From: Podarcis melisellensis
Taxonomy: Eukaryota
Direction: 5' to 3' (one strand)
DNA: 64,000 bases
NCBI GenBank assembly: GCA_964234715.1
Contig: OZ174281.1
Part shown: positions 49,335 through 63,454 of the stretch, piece after piece
Numbering within the stretch: the first letter of the stretch is position 1
How the letters are laid out: each line of letters starts with the position of its first letter
The notes under the pieces: model-generated
What the model was told of the DNA's origin: nothing
Database searches by the model: none
Seen by the model: only the letters and a program-made list of their open reading frames with translations
Translations under genes and position numbers: made by a program

Positions 49335-52300
49335 TGCTTCACACTAGAGTTGCAATCATTCTGCTTTTCATCATGATTTTTTTTCCTGCTGCTTATGCAG
49401 AGGTTATTTGATTCAACATTACAGGACTATATCGCTGCTATTCAATTACCATTATTTTCCAGTACAAACAGCTCTGTGTGCAAGGTGTACAGTAATATAG
49501 CTATGATCCATATATATAAATGGTGATGTTGTTTTTAAGGTTCAGGTGTCCTCAGATGTTGCCAACATTATAGCGCACTAACAAATTAGTGTCTGTTCCT
49601 ATATTAAAAATGGGGGGAAATTGTTTGCATTTTTTAATGGGGGAAGGGGATTGCTGATTATCTTACACTTAGGAGGCCTAGGGTTTTCTCTTTTTATTCT
49701 TGTTTTTGAACTTAAAACAACAACCCCACACTGGGCACAGCAGTGTTGAGGCTCTCTCTCCACAGGTTCTCAGCGGCTGCACTTTTTGGGAGTGATGGAA
49801 TGCGTTGTGCCATTCCCAAGGCATTCCAAGAAGTGCCTCCTACAAGAAACGGGAGAGTGCATTGTGACAATTCCCTCCGGCCATACTTCCTGCAGTGCCA
49901 TAGGTGATACATGACATGATGTAGCATGACCTCCCCAAGGCATCCCAGGAAATGCAGCTGATGGGAAGTGGCAAAGAGAGCCTTGCACTACTGCTAGCGG
50001 TGTGCAATTTAAAAAAAAAAAATGTGAAAAAGCAAGAAAAAAGGGGGCAAGAACCTTCAAGCACCTCATAAAGTAAAGTAATGTAAATGAAAACTCCCCT
50101 AAACACTTTGGTGAAATTTCCATTCCCTCTACCTAAACAAGAGCAATTTTTCTTTTTCTTGGGTGGGGGCGTTGCAGTAATTAAAAGTGGTGAGCAGTTA
50201 AAGAAAAAGCTTCATAAAATTAAGACTTAATTTGGCATTATATATATAAGCAAGTCTTCAAAGATTTGTGCCTCTCCTAAAAGCCTTTCTCTTCTGTCAC
50301 AGCTCACCTGTTCTCTGAAGATGAGGGCATCCAGAGGCGAGCCTCAGAAGCAGATATCAGTGCTCAGGTAGGATCATATAGGATTCCTCTAGACTCCTTT
50401 CTCTCTCCAACTTGCGTCTGTTTCTCGGATACCTCTGCATTCCCATTTGGTGCCCCAGGTTCTTAAGTCTTCACACTGAAGTGTCTTCATTATTTTCAGA
50501 GAAGTGGAATTGTTGTGTCTTATTACTGACAGCTGATATTCATTAACCAATTTAAGTTGTCCCTCTTCAACCAAGAAAGTAAATGTAAAGAATCAAATGT
50601 CGATTTAAAGAAAGGCCACAACTGTATGTCACATTCATCCCAGCAGTGTAGGTACCTTCTTCTAAACTGAAAGGAGAGTCCATCTTGCCTTGTCTGCCTC
50701 CTTTAGGCAGCTCCACTCCAACTTGGATCTTTGGTTTGGTCCTAAGGCTGATCCATTTGCTGCCCATTTGTGGACCAGAAGAGGCTCCTCTTGCCATTGG
50801 TTGTCACAGGCCATTAAACATCTGGGATCAATACCCCCTCCCCTCAGGGCCCACGGTTCCTCCATTTCCTTAGTGAGTGTCTCCAGTAAGCTTTCTTTCA
50901 TGGAACACTTCAGTTTCTTCCCTCCCTTATCCTGTAGTTGCATATTAGAACTCGTTATAATCAGTTCAGTATACCACACTACCAAGCATCTGCCCCACCA
51001 TTAAGGCAGTGCCATGCAGGTAACAAAATCCTTCCACTACAATCAATCTGATCAAACGATTACGTACCTTCCAACATTTCTCCAATGAAAATAGGGACCT
51101 GCCTCCTGGCCACCCAAAACACTTACCAGCTAATCCTAGGTGGATGGAGTCTCTGATGGGACAGGGAGGAAGTCGGTCCAACAGCCTACTTCAGCCAGAT
51201 CCAAAGAAGGCTTCCCCACAAGACAGAGCTTGGGCCTAGTCTAAACCGTCTCATCTTCATTTACATGTGGGCAAAGATGCCCTTCCCTTCAGCAAGAGGG
51301 GGAATTCAACGGGCCTTGCTCCTAGGTTAGTGTGAATAATCTTTCATTTATTTAGGGTGCTTCTCAAAGCCGCATTCCAAAAACAAACTGAAGTTGGCTG
51401 AGCATTTTCTTGAGCTTTAAGTTTGACCTCCTCAGAGTGGCTGTTGGGAGGCCCAAACTCCAAACGGTGTTAACGGCAGATCTCAAGCAAGAAGTTAAAA
51501 ACATATAATAATCTAGTCATTATAAGTTATTATGGGGGGAAAGGTGTTGGTACTCACCATGAAGTTGTTACAATAAGTGCCACACTTTTAACATTTGACA
51601 ATAAAAAGGTGCCGGTGCTGCATACACTTGAGTATCCCCAGAAAAAAAGAACTGCCTTTATATATAACAAATTGTCATCAGTGGGCATGCATCTTGGCTA
51701 CAATTCTAAGAGCAATTTTAAGTGTTTCCAAAGGCACATCCAACAGAAAGTTTGACCTTTTTTTAGCTGAACGGTCATTCCAGTCCATGTCTACCCCACC
51801 TCTTGCTCATGCCATATCATAAACTGTTTATGATACTCCTATCAGGTTTTTTTAAAAAAAGAAAGCTTGTCATGTGAGTGACGGGGTGCATCAGAAGCAC
51901 TGATCCAAACCTCCTTTGGATGGGCAGAACTACCCATGCTCTTACAAAATAAATTAAAATATATAGAACAGAGTGCATTAGACCCATTCACAATCCACAG
52001 AACAAAAAATTAAATGATACATATCTAAAGGAAGACATCAAAAACTGTCAAGACTTGCGTGAATAGCACTGGTTAGATTCATTCCATCTTACACTGCAGA
52101 ATCAATTCACAAGTATTCAAATGTGTCTACTTCAGAAGTGTGTTAAATTCTGTCCTCCAGTTTGATGGAACAATGAAAGTTAATTGCCCACTTTTCTTAT
52201 TTCAAATTAGGTTTCGTTTTCAACTTTACAAGCCTATTGCTTACATAAAATGCAATCCTTTTATCTGATATTGGTACCTGATTTTATTGAGTTTTCCATA

Positions 52301-53277
52301 TGGCACCTGTCATACCTTTTGTTTGTAAAGTGTCATACACATGTTTTACATTTATTCTTATTTTGCAGGATTTATATACCACTTAATTGTGAAAATTTCT
52401 AAGCAGTTCACAAAAACATAGATAGCACTATATAAAAAGAGAAAATAATTTATATTTTCTATAAATACAGTCAGCCTGAAATTTCTTCATTTTAATGAAA
52501 TAGTTTCACCACACACACACACCCCATTCCTCAAGTTAGAAGTTATTGAGAGATTGACTGCTGCCTGGCTTTAAAACTGCTCACAATACCAACCGCATCA
52601 TAGTACATTAAATCACAGCATGTGGCCAAACAGTAACTAAGAGGACAATCTTATGCTCCCCTAGGAGGGAGGTTGAGGAGCTTTAGGATTCTGTGAAACT
52701 TTCTGGGTTGGCAGAGAGGGAGGTCCACTGCCAAAGATCCCCTTGTGCAGTTGGAGACCTGCCAGAGATGCTCTGTGCACAGTGTAGGAAAAAATAATCA
52801 TTCCTACATGTTCTGTGTGACAGGGCCCACAATGATAATTAAAATTTGAATTATTTCTATTGGAAGTGAATTCATATGAACATATGTACCACTTACAGCA
52901 TATATTAAATATAAATATTAAATATTAAATATAAAAAGGATATGTAAACACTATATTTTCTAAATAAAGAATATTCATTCTGTTATCTGGTAATCACTCA
53001 CCTTTACTTCTTCTAAATATATGAGCCACAAAAGGCTACTCAAACAGAGCAGAGTAAACCAACAGACGTGAATAGAAAAACTCAACAACAAAAAAACACC
53101 CCACAGGTGTATGACACTCTAAGTCATACTGTGATTTGACAGCATCTGTTATTATAGAATGATGCTTGCTTGAAATATAATATTCTTAAACTCGCAATAA
53201 CAGCAAGTTATTTTATTTAATAAAATAAACTTATTGGATAGGTCAGCTTACTATATAGTGCAGAAAAAAGAACTCAC

Positions 53278-55707
53278 CATGTCAGCATTTTCCTTTTCAG
53301 AAATTAAATTACCTCCACTGACCATCAAAGAAATGTCAGAGTTGCCATTGCAAAGGATGTTCTCTGCTATTTGGACAGTGGGCTGCAGGAATGTCAGCTC
53401 ATTCCTCCTGGATTCAGAGGACAGACAGACCTGGTAGGAATAAGGCAAAGTTCCGTCCTCATAATTGGGTGGGAATATCGCACCAGCCTTTGAGTGGGGG
53501 TCAGGAACAAAGCACTGAAGGAAAGTGGGGTTCCTTGACCTTCGAAGCTTCACCAGAATGGTCAGAATCACCGTCACCAGGAACAGGAAGGACACCAAGG
53601 TCAAGGCCAATACCAAATAAAACTGTAGATCAGACTGATATTCTGAGTCATTTGGTTGGGAGTTCATTTCTGGAAGAGCCTCCTGGAAGTTCTCAGCAAA
53701 CACCAGGCTCAAAGTTGTGGTGGCTGAGAGAGGAGGATGCCCATTGTCCTTCACCAGGATGACCAGCCTCTGCTTCACAGCATCTCTCTCAAGTAATGCT
53801 CGGACTGTTTGCACCTCTCCTGTGTGGGAGCCAATGCTGAAGAGTGAGGGCTCTGTGGCCTGCAGGAGATGGAAGGAGAGCCAGGCATTGTGTCCCGAAT
53901 CAGAGTCCACGGCCACCACCTTTGTCACCAGATAACCCGACTCAGCTGACCGAGGCACCATCTCAAAGAAAGGTGAGCCCTCTGTTGATTGTGAGGGGTA
54001 CAGGATCTGCGGAGCGTTATCATTTCGATCCAAAACACATATTGTCACTGTGGCACTGCTATTGAGTGGTGGAGAACCTCCATCTTGGGCCTTCACTTGA
54101 ATCTGAAACTCCCTGAATTGCTCATAGTCAAAGGAGTGTTGGGCATAGATGATCCCGGTCTCAGAGTTAATGGAGACATAGGAGGAGAGAGGCAGGTCCT
54201 TGATGTTGCTGTTAAGGATGGAGTAAGTGATTCTGGCATTGCGATCCAGATCTGGGTCAGAGGCCTTGACGTGGAAAATTGAAGCTCCAGATGGGTTGTT
54301 CTCTGGAATGTAGGCAGTGTAGGAAGATTTTGCAAAGGCTGGTGGGTTATCATTGATATCTGAGATCTGTATGGATATGGTTTTGTGTGTGGAGAGTGGA
54401 GGTGTGCCTTTGTCTGTGGCTGTGATTGTAATATTATACTCGGGAGTCCTTTCTCTGTCAAGGGCACCATCTATGAGGAGCTTGAAGTAATTATCTGAAG
54501 ATGAGACTATCAGGAAAGGTACAAGTTCCTTCAGGTGACAGGTGACTTCTCCGTTATCCCCAGAATCCCTGTCCTGAACTTTAATGAGAGCAATCACAGC
54601 TCCAGAAGTGACATCTTCAGGAACTGGACTGGACACGGATGTAAGGATCACATCTGGAGCATTGTCATTCTCATCAAGAACCTCAATCTCCACATTGCAA
54701 TGTGCCGCCAAGCCTCCTCCATCACTTGCCTGAATTATCATCACATAATATTGACTTTCTTCAAAATCCACACTTTCTATAAGTGTAATTGTTCCGTCTC
54801 TGGGATCCAGATGAAACTTCTGTTTGGCTGTTTTTGGGATGTCACTGAAAGTGTAAGTGATCTCAGCATTTGACCCTTCATCACTGTCAGATGCTTTGAC
54901 TTGAAGCACAGAGGTTCCTTTGGGTGCACTCTCCTTCAGGCTCACTTTATATGTTGCCTGGGTGAAAACAGGGGCATTGTCATTAATATCAATAACTGTC
55001 ACCAATATTTTGGCTGTTCCGGTTTTTGGAGGTTCTCCACCATCCATGGCTGTAAGGACCATGTGATGCATCTGTTCCTTTTCCCTGTCCAGTTGTTTCT
55101 GCAATATTAAGTCTGCATATTTGCCACCATCATTGCCAGCTTTAACTTCTAGTTTGAAATATGGAGTTGAGCTCAGCTGATAATTCTGGAGGGAGTTCAT
55201 TCCAATATCATCATCTTCAGCATTTCCAAGAGCAAATCGAGTTCCTGGCAGAGTAGATTCACTAAATTTAAGCTCAATATTTTCATTCTGAAAATGTGGA
55301 GCATTATCATTAATGTCCTGGATAAAAATATTTACGTGGAAAATATTCAAAGGATTGTGTGCCACAACTTCTAATTTGAGGACACAAGTAGATGATTTGC
55401 CACAAATCTCTTCCCGATCTATCCTCTCATTCACATACAGGTTGCCATTTTGTTCATTCAAATCAAAGAATTGCTTTTCTGAAGAAATACCAAGCTTGCG
55501 CTTTGACAGCTCTCTGACATCCAACCCCAGATCTTTAACAAGGTTCCCCACAAAGGAGCCCTGCTCTGCTTCCTCTGAAACCGAATACTGAACCTTCTCA
55601 GACACTACCTGGCAGCAGAACACAGACCAGAATATGAACAGAAACAGTACTTGCCTCTTGGTGATCTCCCTTGTTCTCTGTGCCTGCTTTTCTTCCATCA
55701 CATCCAT
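53278..55707 (-). CDS. PCDHGB: Protocadherin gammaB-like variable exon F (810 codons; more divergent lineage)
   Basis: First in-frame ATG at 55707 (gcaATGg; alternative at 55698). Six EC repeats, [13 protein letters not shown]. Donor ATG|GTGAGT at 53278/53277. Confidence 0.93.
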
Positions 55708-55937
55708 TGCATTTCCTGAGTTCTTCCTTCTTTCAGTATAGTTTGCAAGACTCACAGTACACTAATGTGAGATAATACCAATATTGTTCTTTTGAGCTGA
55801 TTCTTGGGAAACTGAGAGCTTTCCTTTCTTGCACAGCTTTTAAAATAAAAGCTTTTCCTTTCTGCTCCACTGATGTGTTAAGAGAGAGAGACTGCTCCAA
55901 GAGTCTCAGAAATGCTGAGCCATGGCTGCTCCCAAGT

Positions 55938-55978
55938 TGTCCAACAGTGACACTCTGAGTCCACATGGGGAACTGTAT
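55938..55978 (-). promoter_or_regulatory. CSE of F, CACT variant
   Basis: TACAGTTCCCCATGTGGACTCAGAGTGTCACTGTTGGACA. Confidence 0.78.
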
Positions 55979-57859
55979 TTGCCATTTCAATAATGGTACA
56001 TAGTATATAATTTCTAATAGAACTGCTTTTAATTTACCCTTTACCATTGCTTTCTAAGTTGTACCCCCCCTCCCAATGGATTGTTGATCAGACCTCATAG
56101 TTATTCACTCCATTAAGAACTCTTTTCAGTATGCAGGTCAATGAGACCAGAGTTCCAAAGTTCTTTCTTACATGTTTAATGTGCATTAAAACAATCTAAA
56201 TAATATTAGGAAATTATCACAAGTGAATTTTTAATATGTATTCCCGTCAGAGGTTCAGCTTGTGATAATTTTAGGTTGACCCACACAGTGATGTGTGCAT
56301 TTCATTAATGTGATCAAGAGGATTTGCCACTTGTATTTACAATAAGGGAAAGCAACTTTTTTTAGCACTATTTTTGTCTGGTGTTCAAATACTGTAATCC
56401 CTAAATAATTCCCACTTTCTCTTAAACATCAAACAATTTTGTGGGAATCCAAGCATCCTCCCAGTATACTTTGCATTGTCCAATTCACACATTAGTAGAG
56501 CTTCAGGATAGTCCTTCAAGGACATTGCCAGATATGGTCACCCAAACAACTCCCCCAAATTTCAGCACGTTACCATTCATTGTTTCCTTACAGGAACAAA
56601 AAAAACCCCACATGCCTCATAAACTGCACCAATTTTTGCCATTGTAGGGTGTTTACAACTCCAGCAATTACAGCATTTTTTAAAATACAAAAATGCCAGC
56701 AAAATTTCACCAAAGAGCTCTGGAATCAAACCAGCTTACAGTTACATTACAAAGGAGTAAATAAACTTGCAGTCACATTTCCATTGATGTACCCATTGTA
56801 GGAGTGTGGAACTACCTAGAAGAACACACTGTCGGCTGAAGCTGTTTTCATTCATTTTACAGAGAGAAGGCAACACATGACACCTTCTCTGGGGTTCAAA
56901 ATTCCAACTCTACCTTACACTAGAAATCTCAATAGAGTAGAAAATACAACCCCCCCCCCCAAACCATTTGTTTGTTGCTGCTGTAGTTCAATAGCGGGTG
57001 AAGGTTGCAAGTTACAAAGGAGCATTATGCAACCAATCTTACAATACAATTGCTTGTAAATATATTTCCAGAGTCCCCTCACCATTGAATCTCCTCATTT
57101 TATCATACTAAAATATACAAACAGCCAAAATATCTCAGCCAATAAAAGAGTTAAGTAAATTCATTATTACTTTTCTTAAAAAAAATATGTCTTGTGGCAA
57201 TGAGAATATCAGTATCAGCTTATTGGTGGGCAGTTGGGTATGTAGTGGAAAGAAGTTATTGGTGGAAAGATGGGAATGAGAACTTGTCAGAGAATACTAG
57301 GCCCTAATTTTCATTGAGGCGGCATGACTAAAACTTATCAGTAGCAAGGCAGGTGAGGGCTCCCATTTATATACTTATTTATTGATAGAGGTTTTTTAAA
57401 CCACCCAATATTTGGAAGTGTAATAAAAATATGAAATAAAAGCCAAATACAACATTCAAAGCTAAAACAATTTAGAATCAATCTCACAGGAACTCACCTG
57501 ATGCACATGAAAATAGGATGAGCCTAGCTTTCTCCTATACATCTCCTATACATGATGGTTTCAATATGTAGGGAACTATGTTTTTTATAGATGTCCACAA
57601 GGTTTTGTGAGCCTCCACCAGCAGTCCAAAGTAAGAGACAAAGACAGATAATCTGATGCATCAATATGAAGATTTGTTGAAAGAAGTTACTTCACAGAAG
57701 GATCTCATATAAAGTAATAATTAAAAGAAGGGGGAGCTGAAAATAATAGAAAGAAGACTGACATAGTTCTGAATATAATGAGAAAGCAGAGGCAGACAGG
57801 AAATATATTCTAATATTAAGAAAACCAAAAATCATGTTAATCTAAAATTATTTGCTCAC

Positions 57860-60262
57860 CTGGACTACGATTAAGCCTTCATTGTTCAAGTTTAAATCTT
57901 CACCAGGTAGGATCGGATCCTTTGCCTCACAAGCTTCTTTATTGCTCAGAGTATTGGAATAATTTGCCTTTCTAGAGTCTGTAGTGAGAGAAACCTCCTG
58001 GCAGTAGGAGTGCAGAAATGCTCGGACTCCATCAATCCCCACAAACTGTGAGATGGGAGCGCCACTGAAATTCACACTCCCCGTCTCAAGCAGCTGAGAA
58101 TTTCTCCACCTGTGCAACTTGATGGCCAGCAACACAAGGAGGAAGATGAGGAACAAGCAGGAGACAAAAGCCACTGCAAGGACCAGGTAGAAGGTGAGGT
58201 CAGATGGAGGCTCTACAGGAGCTGAGATGCTGCTCAGGTCTGAGAGGATTGCAGGGATGGTGTCAGCCAGCACCACAGTCAGAGTGGCTGAAGCAGAGAG
58301 AGGTGGCTGCCCATTGTCCTTGACTAAAACCACCAGGCTTTGCTTGAGGGCATCTTTCTCCAGAAAGAAGCGGGCTGTCCTGATCTCTCCCGTGTGGAGC
58401 CCCAGAGTGAAGAGCCCTGGCTCGGTGGCCTTGATCAGCTGGTAGGAGAGCCAGGCATTCTGGCCAGAGTCTGCATCCACGGCCACCACCTTAGTGACCA
58501 GGTAGCCTGGCTCAGAGGAGTGAGGGGCCAGCTCTATCCCTGTGGAGCCATCAGTGGGAGGGGAGGGGTACAGGATTTGGGGAGCATTGTCATTCTGGTC
58601 CAGGATGAAGAGAGTCACTGAGACGTTGGAGCTGAGTGGTGGAGAACCTCCATCCTGAGCCATTACATAGAACCGAATGTCTCGAAACGCTTCATAATCA
58701 AAGGAGGTCAGAGCATATATAACCCCCGTCTCAGAGTTAATGGAGAGGTAGGAGGAGAGGCGGGAGTCACTTCTTTGGTCATCAGTGATGGAATATGTTA
58801 TTCTGGCATTTTCTTCCCAGTCAAGATCATTTGCTCTTATGGAAGAGACCATGGCTCCTCTTTGGTTATTCTCAAGAAAATAGAAAGTATAGTCTGTTTT
58901 TTCAAAGAGGGGTGGGTTGTCATTTGTGTCTAAAACATGAAGTGTGATAACTGTGACTGTAGAAAGAGGGGGGACTCCATGGTCAGTAACAGTGACAGTA
59001 ATATTGAAGACTGACACCTGTTCCCTGTCAAGGGCACCATCAGTCATCAAACTGTAAAAGTTATCCATGGACTTCTTTAGCTGGAAAGGGAGGTTGCTGG
59101 GGATTGAACATGTGATTTCCCCATTGATTCCTGAATCTCGGTCTTGGACATTTAAAATAGCAATTACCGTTTGGGCTGGTGAACTTTCAAGTACGGTGTT
59201 GGTGGCAAAGGTAACTGATAATTGAGGTGCATTGTCATTCAGATCCGTAACTGATATCACAACCTTTGATCTGTCACTCAGGCCTCCTCCATCTTTTGCT
59301 TGTATCTCAAATGCATATAAAGATGATTCCTCATAATCAAGATTCCCAATAAGGATGATTTCACCTGTTGTGGAATTTAACAGAAACATTTGGGTGTCTC
59401 GCTTTGTAATTTCTTGGAAAGAGTATTTAATGTCTCCATTGATTCCTTCATCCATATCAGTGGCTCTCGCTGTCAAAACTGTGGACCACTTGGGAATATT
59501 CTCACTGATAGTCACTTCATAGAGAGGTTGGCTGAAAACTGGTGCATTGTCATTTGCATCAATAACAACAATGTGGATTTGTAATGTGCCAGACCTGATA
59601 GGATCACCTCCATCAGTAGCTGTGAGAAGCAAATTGTAAGCTGATTGTTCCTCTCTGTCCAGTGACTTTTCCAACACAAGCTCAACAAGTCTGGCACCAT
59701 TTTCTTCTGTTTGCACATGCAAAGCAAAATGGCTACTGCCTGTGAGTTGGTAGGTCTGCACCGAATTTATCCCCCAATCTGGATCTTGAGCTTTGGGTAG
59801 AGGGATCTGGAATCCAGGCATAGATGCCTCACTGATTTCCAGCTCCTGTTCCCATAGAGGGAAGTGGGGAGCATTATCATTTATATCCGTAATTTCCACT
59901 TCAATTCCATAAAGCTTCAGTTTGCTTTCAACAAGAACCTGAAACTTCAACATACATTTCTCTGCCTCTCTGCAGATTTCCTCTCTATCTATTCTCTCAG
60001 ATATCTGCAAATGGCCATTGTTGGCATTCAAAGAAAAGTACTGAATCATACCTACAGGAGAAACAATGCGGAGTCCATGGTTTGGGAGCTGTTTGCCATC
60101 CATTCCCAGGTCTTTTGCAATATTCCCCACGGAAGAGCCTTTGTGCATCTCTTCGGGAATGGAGTAGTGGATCTGCCCAGAAACTGCCTTCCAAGAAAAC
60201 ATCATGAAAAGGCACTGGAAGATTCCCTTTCTGCAGTTCCACAGCCTCTGAATTCCTTCCAT
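57860..60262 (-). CDS. PCDHGA: Protocadherin gammaA-like variable exon G (801 codons)
   Basis: Six EC repeats, [23 protein letters not shown]. Donor CAG|GTGAGC at 57860/57859. Confidence 0.95.
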
Positions 60263-60449
60263 CCTTGCAGCAGGTTAAAGACCCTTAGATTCTGGTTCAA
60301 AAGATGCTGTATCTAATTTTTTTCTAAGGAAAATGCACTTCCATTTCTTCTTTGCACTGATAAACAGCTTGTTCCTTCAGATATTTTGTGCTTGTGTTTA
60401 ATGGAAAGGCAACTTCAATTGGGCAGGATTTCACATTTTTGCTCCATTC

Positions 60450-60490
60450 TGGTCAACAGTGACACCCAGAGGATCAAGCCCAAACTGCAA
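60450..60490 (-). promoter_or_regulatory. CSE of G, CACT variant
   Basis: TGCAGTTTGGGCTTGATCCTCTGGGTGTCACTGTTGACCA. Confidence 0.78.
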
Positions 60491-63454
60491 AACCTTCAGA
60501 TATAGCTAGGATTACTATTCTTTTTCCTTAGAATTTACCCACTAAGGATAAATAAGAGTGACAACTTTTGTTGCTGTAATCAAATTCAAAAGGAGCAGGA
60601 AAGACAAGTATGTTTAGAATTCCTGCCCTACCCCGTTACTGGAAATTCTGGAATTAATGTTATGGATCTTTCTCAGCAATGTTTTCTGCTGGCTTTTCTA
60701 AGGGAATATCCAATAGATTTTTTTCTTGAGGGATAAACAACACTAATAACCACCAGTACATCTTTGTTACCTCTGGCACTTCACCCCTCTCAGCTCCTAT
60801 TTGTTCATTCACATCTCTAGGCTGTTCATCTTCAAACTGAATTTTTATTTTTAGGTACGTGTTACATAAGCCCTATTTGGGCATACACTGTCCATACCTG
60901 AGGAGAAATATGGAGTGCTTCTTAGTCCTTTCCTGTCCTGCATTTCATCTGTACACAATCTAGATCCTTCCATGAATTTGAGGTTTGAGGTGGGGAGCTA
61001 CTTGTAGGGGCCCCACACATGATTTAGAACTTTGCACCATCATGTTTTCTTTGCTTGCACTTGAGGAGATGGTTCAAATAGGGCTGTACTGGGTAGGAGA
61101 TGTACATCATGAATGCCCCAGTTCAAATCAAACTTCAAGTCCTTGGGCAAGACTTCCTTCCTCCTCTCTCTGGTTGAGTTCACACAACAGTTTCCTCCAT
61201 TTCCCTGATGTTTCCCTAACTATTAACTTCTGCATTATATTCAAGTTTTAACATGGCATGAAATCCACTTCATTTCCATGTTATTTAATTGCAGGAAAAA
61301 ATCCATTTGCTGCTCCCTTAAACTGGAAAATCGCAGGAGTAAAGTGATGAAATTTGGGGCTGTATACATGGGGGAATGAATACATGCACAGCTATGGGTG
61401 GAATAGTGGCAATGTTATCCAATGATGTTCATTGTTGCGTCACACCACACACACTGGTGTGAATGAAATTTAGTGGAACATGATATATTGCTCATATATT
61501 GATATGCTGATATATTGGTAAAAAATATACACATAACACAACTGGTACTGCAGTGTGAAAGGATCATTGGAAAACAGAACAGAAGCACTAGTGTTCTAGT
61601 CAGGAAAACTAATGCAATACTTGCCACATCTAAATGCATGCTCTCTCCATCTCATCCACAACATGAGGGAAATAATGCTGATCTATCTTTCTGGGTTATT
61701 GAAGAGTTACAAGGGAATGTATATCAACCATTTTCTACACTAAAGTGCTCTATAAACACCAAGGATGACTGTACAGTGAAAAGAAGGCCATGTCCTCCTT
61801 AATTTATTGCTCACATTGTGCCTAGAAGAAAATAAAGCCAAGATGAATGCTATTAAAGCCAATTATTATTACTACACCACATCACATTACAGAGATAAAA
61901 AGAAGCAGGAAGAGATTGGTGGCACACGCAATGGGGTGGAGCTGTGGAGTGACCCTCCAACACTAGTGTTGTTGATGGGGCTTACCTGGTCAGGGCTGGG
62001 CTGACACAACTGTGTGGTTGGGGCTGTGCAGGTGCACCAGCAGCCGTGCTAGATGTTCCCACAGTTAAAATCACATGACTCCAGCCTCACTGCTGCCCCA
62101 TCCAGGTAGGCAACAGTGTATGGGGGTGAGGGGTGGATTCACCAGCTGCCCACCACCATGCATGTCACTACTACAGGTGGATAACTTTCAATGTCAGCTT
62201 ATGAGCTCATGTATGACAATCAGTTGTCAAGCTCAGAGCCAGCATTATTAAAAACTAGCCGGTGATGACCTGTTAAACCTCCAGTCATCTTTCTTGGAGA
62301 TCTTGATCCTCTTCTGCTTCTTGTTGCACAAAATCAGCAGGACTACTAAAACTGCTATACTGAATTTGCTGAATGCTTTCCCCCAGAAGACAGAAAATCA
62401 AGCATCCGATCCACTAAGCAATGCCATAAAAGTTTCTTTCAAAATTAGTCTTCATCTCTCACTACAGAATATGCACTGGCAACAAACATTTCAACACATT
62501 AGGCATGATCCAGCATTAATGTATATGAAGCAGCAAACACAGGGGTGTGCAGCTTGTATGTCCTTGAAAGATTGACTTTCCATGTGAAAGCATTCCAAGC
62601 CAAAGAAGTGAGAGGGCATCTAACATTGTTATGACTCAATAATCATTAGTCACCTATGTTACTACAGCATGGAAGAGTGACTGGCGATGGTATAGATAGA
62701 AATACTAGCCACATGCACACTCACCTACATACATACTGTTGGCCACAACTGTTCCAAGTGGTCATAATTTCTAATCATACATTGCAAATGCTCTTAGCTG
62801 TTCTGACTGTTAAGGAAAGGAGGAAAGAGAAAGAGATTTTGGATTCATGATGCACACATATTTGGGTCGGCATATCGGACAATACAGGGACCACTGTTTT
62901 TCCCTATTGCTCATTGCCTGTGTTTTGTCTTTCTAGTATATGGTTTTTGGAGGTGGGGAATTGATGCATTTTATATATTTATTTAAAATAATTATATAGT
63001 CCCTGTCCCACACTCAAAGAGTACCTAGGTTGTGTATAATATTAATTTAAGACCATATAAGCACTAGTTCAATGCAATAAAATGCATAATAAAGTACAGT
63101 ATATAATACTGTTGTCAGGAACTTAGTGGAGTTGAACACCGATGGCCAGCAAATACTTGGTCACATAGATACGTCTTTAAATGTTGTAATGTACTGCACC
63201 GTACATTATTATTGAATTCAAAAGGGAAGACTGTTCCACCACAGAGTAGGCCATCCTCATGGTTGCCAGAACATGTACTGATGCAGGTAATAAGACGACC
63301 AGGAATGTCTCCACTGAAGATCTTGGTGGACAGATGAAATGATATGAGAACAATCATTATCTTGAATAAACTTGTGTTAAGTTTTTTTTAGAAAGGATGT
63401 GGAAAAATGTAGAGAATTTAGGAGTGCTTCATTAATCTTTTGTGATATATCAGG

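Noticed and set aside
50300-51480. Slightly GC-richer stretch with several short overlapping ORFs (possible viral or retro-element relic)
   Set aside because: No motif recognised; probably a decayed repeat. A BLASTx or Dfam search would be needed.
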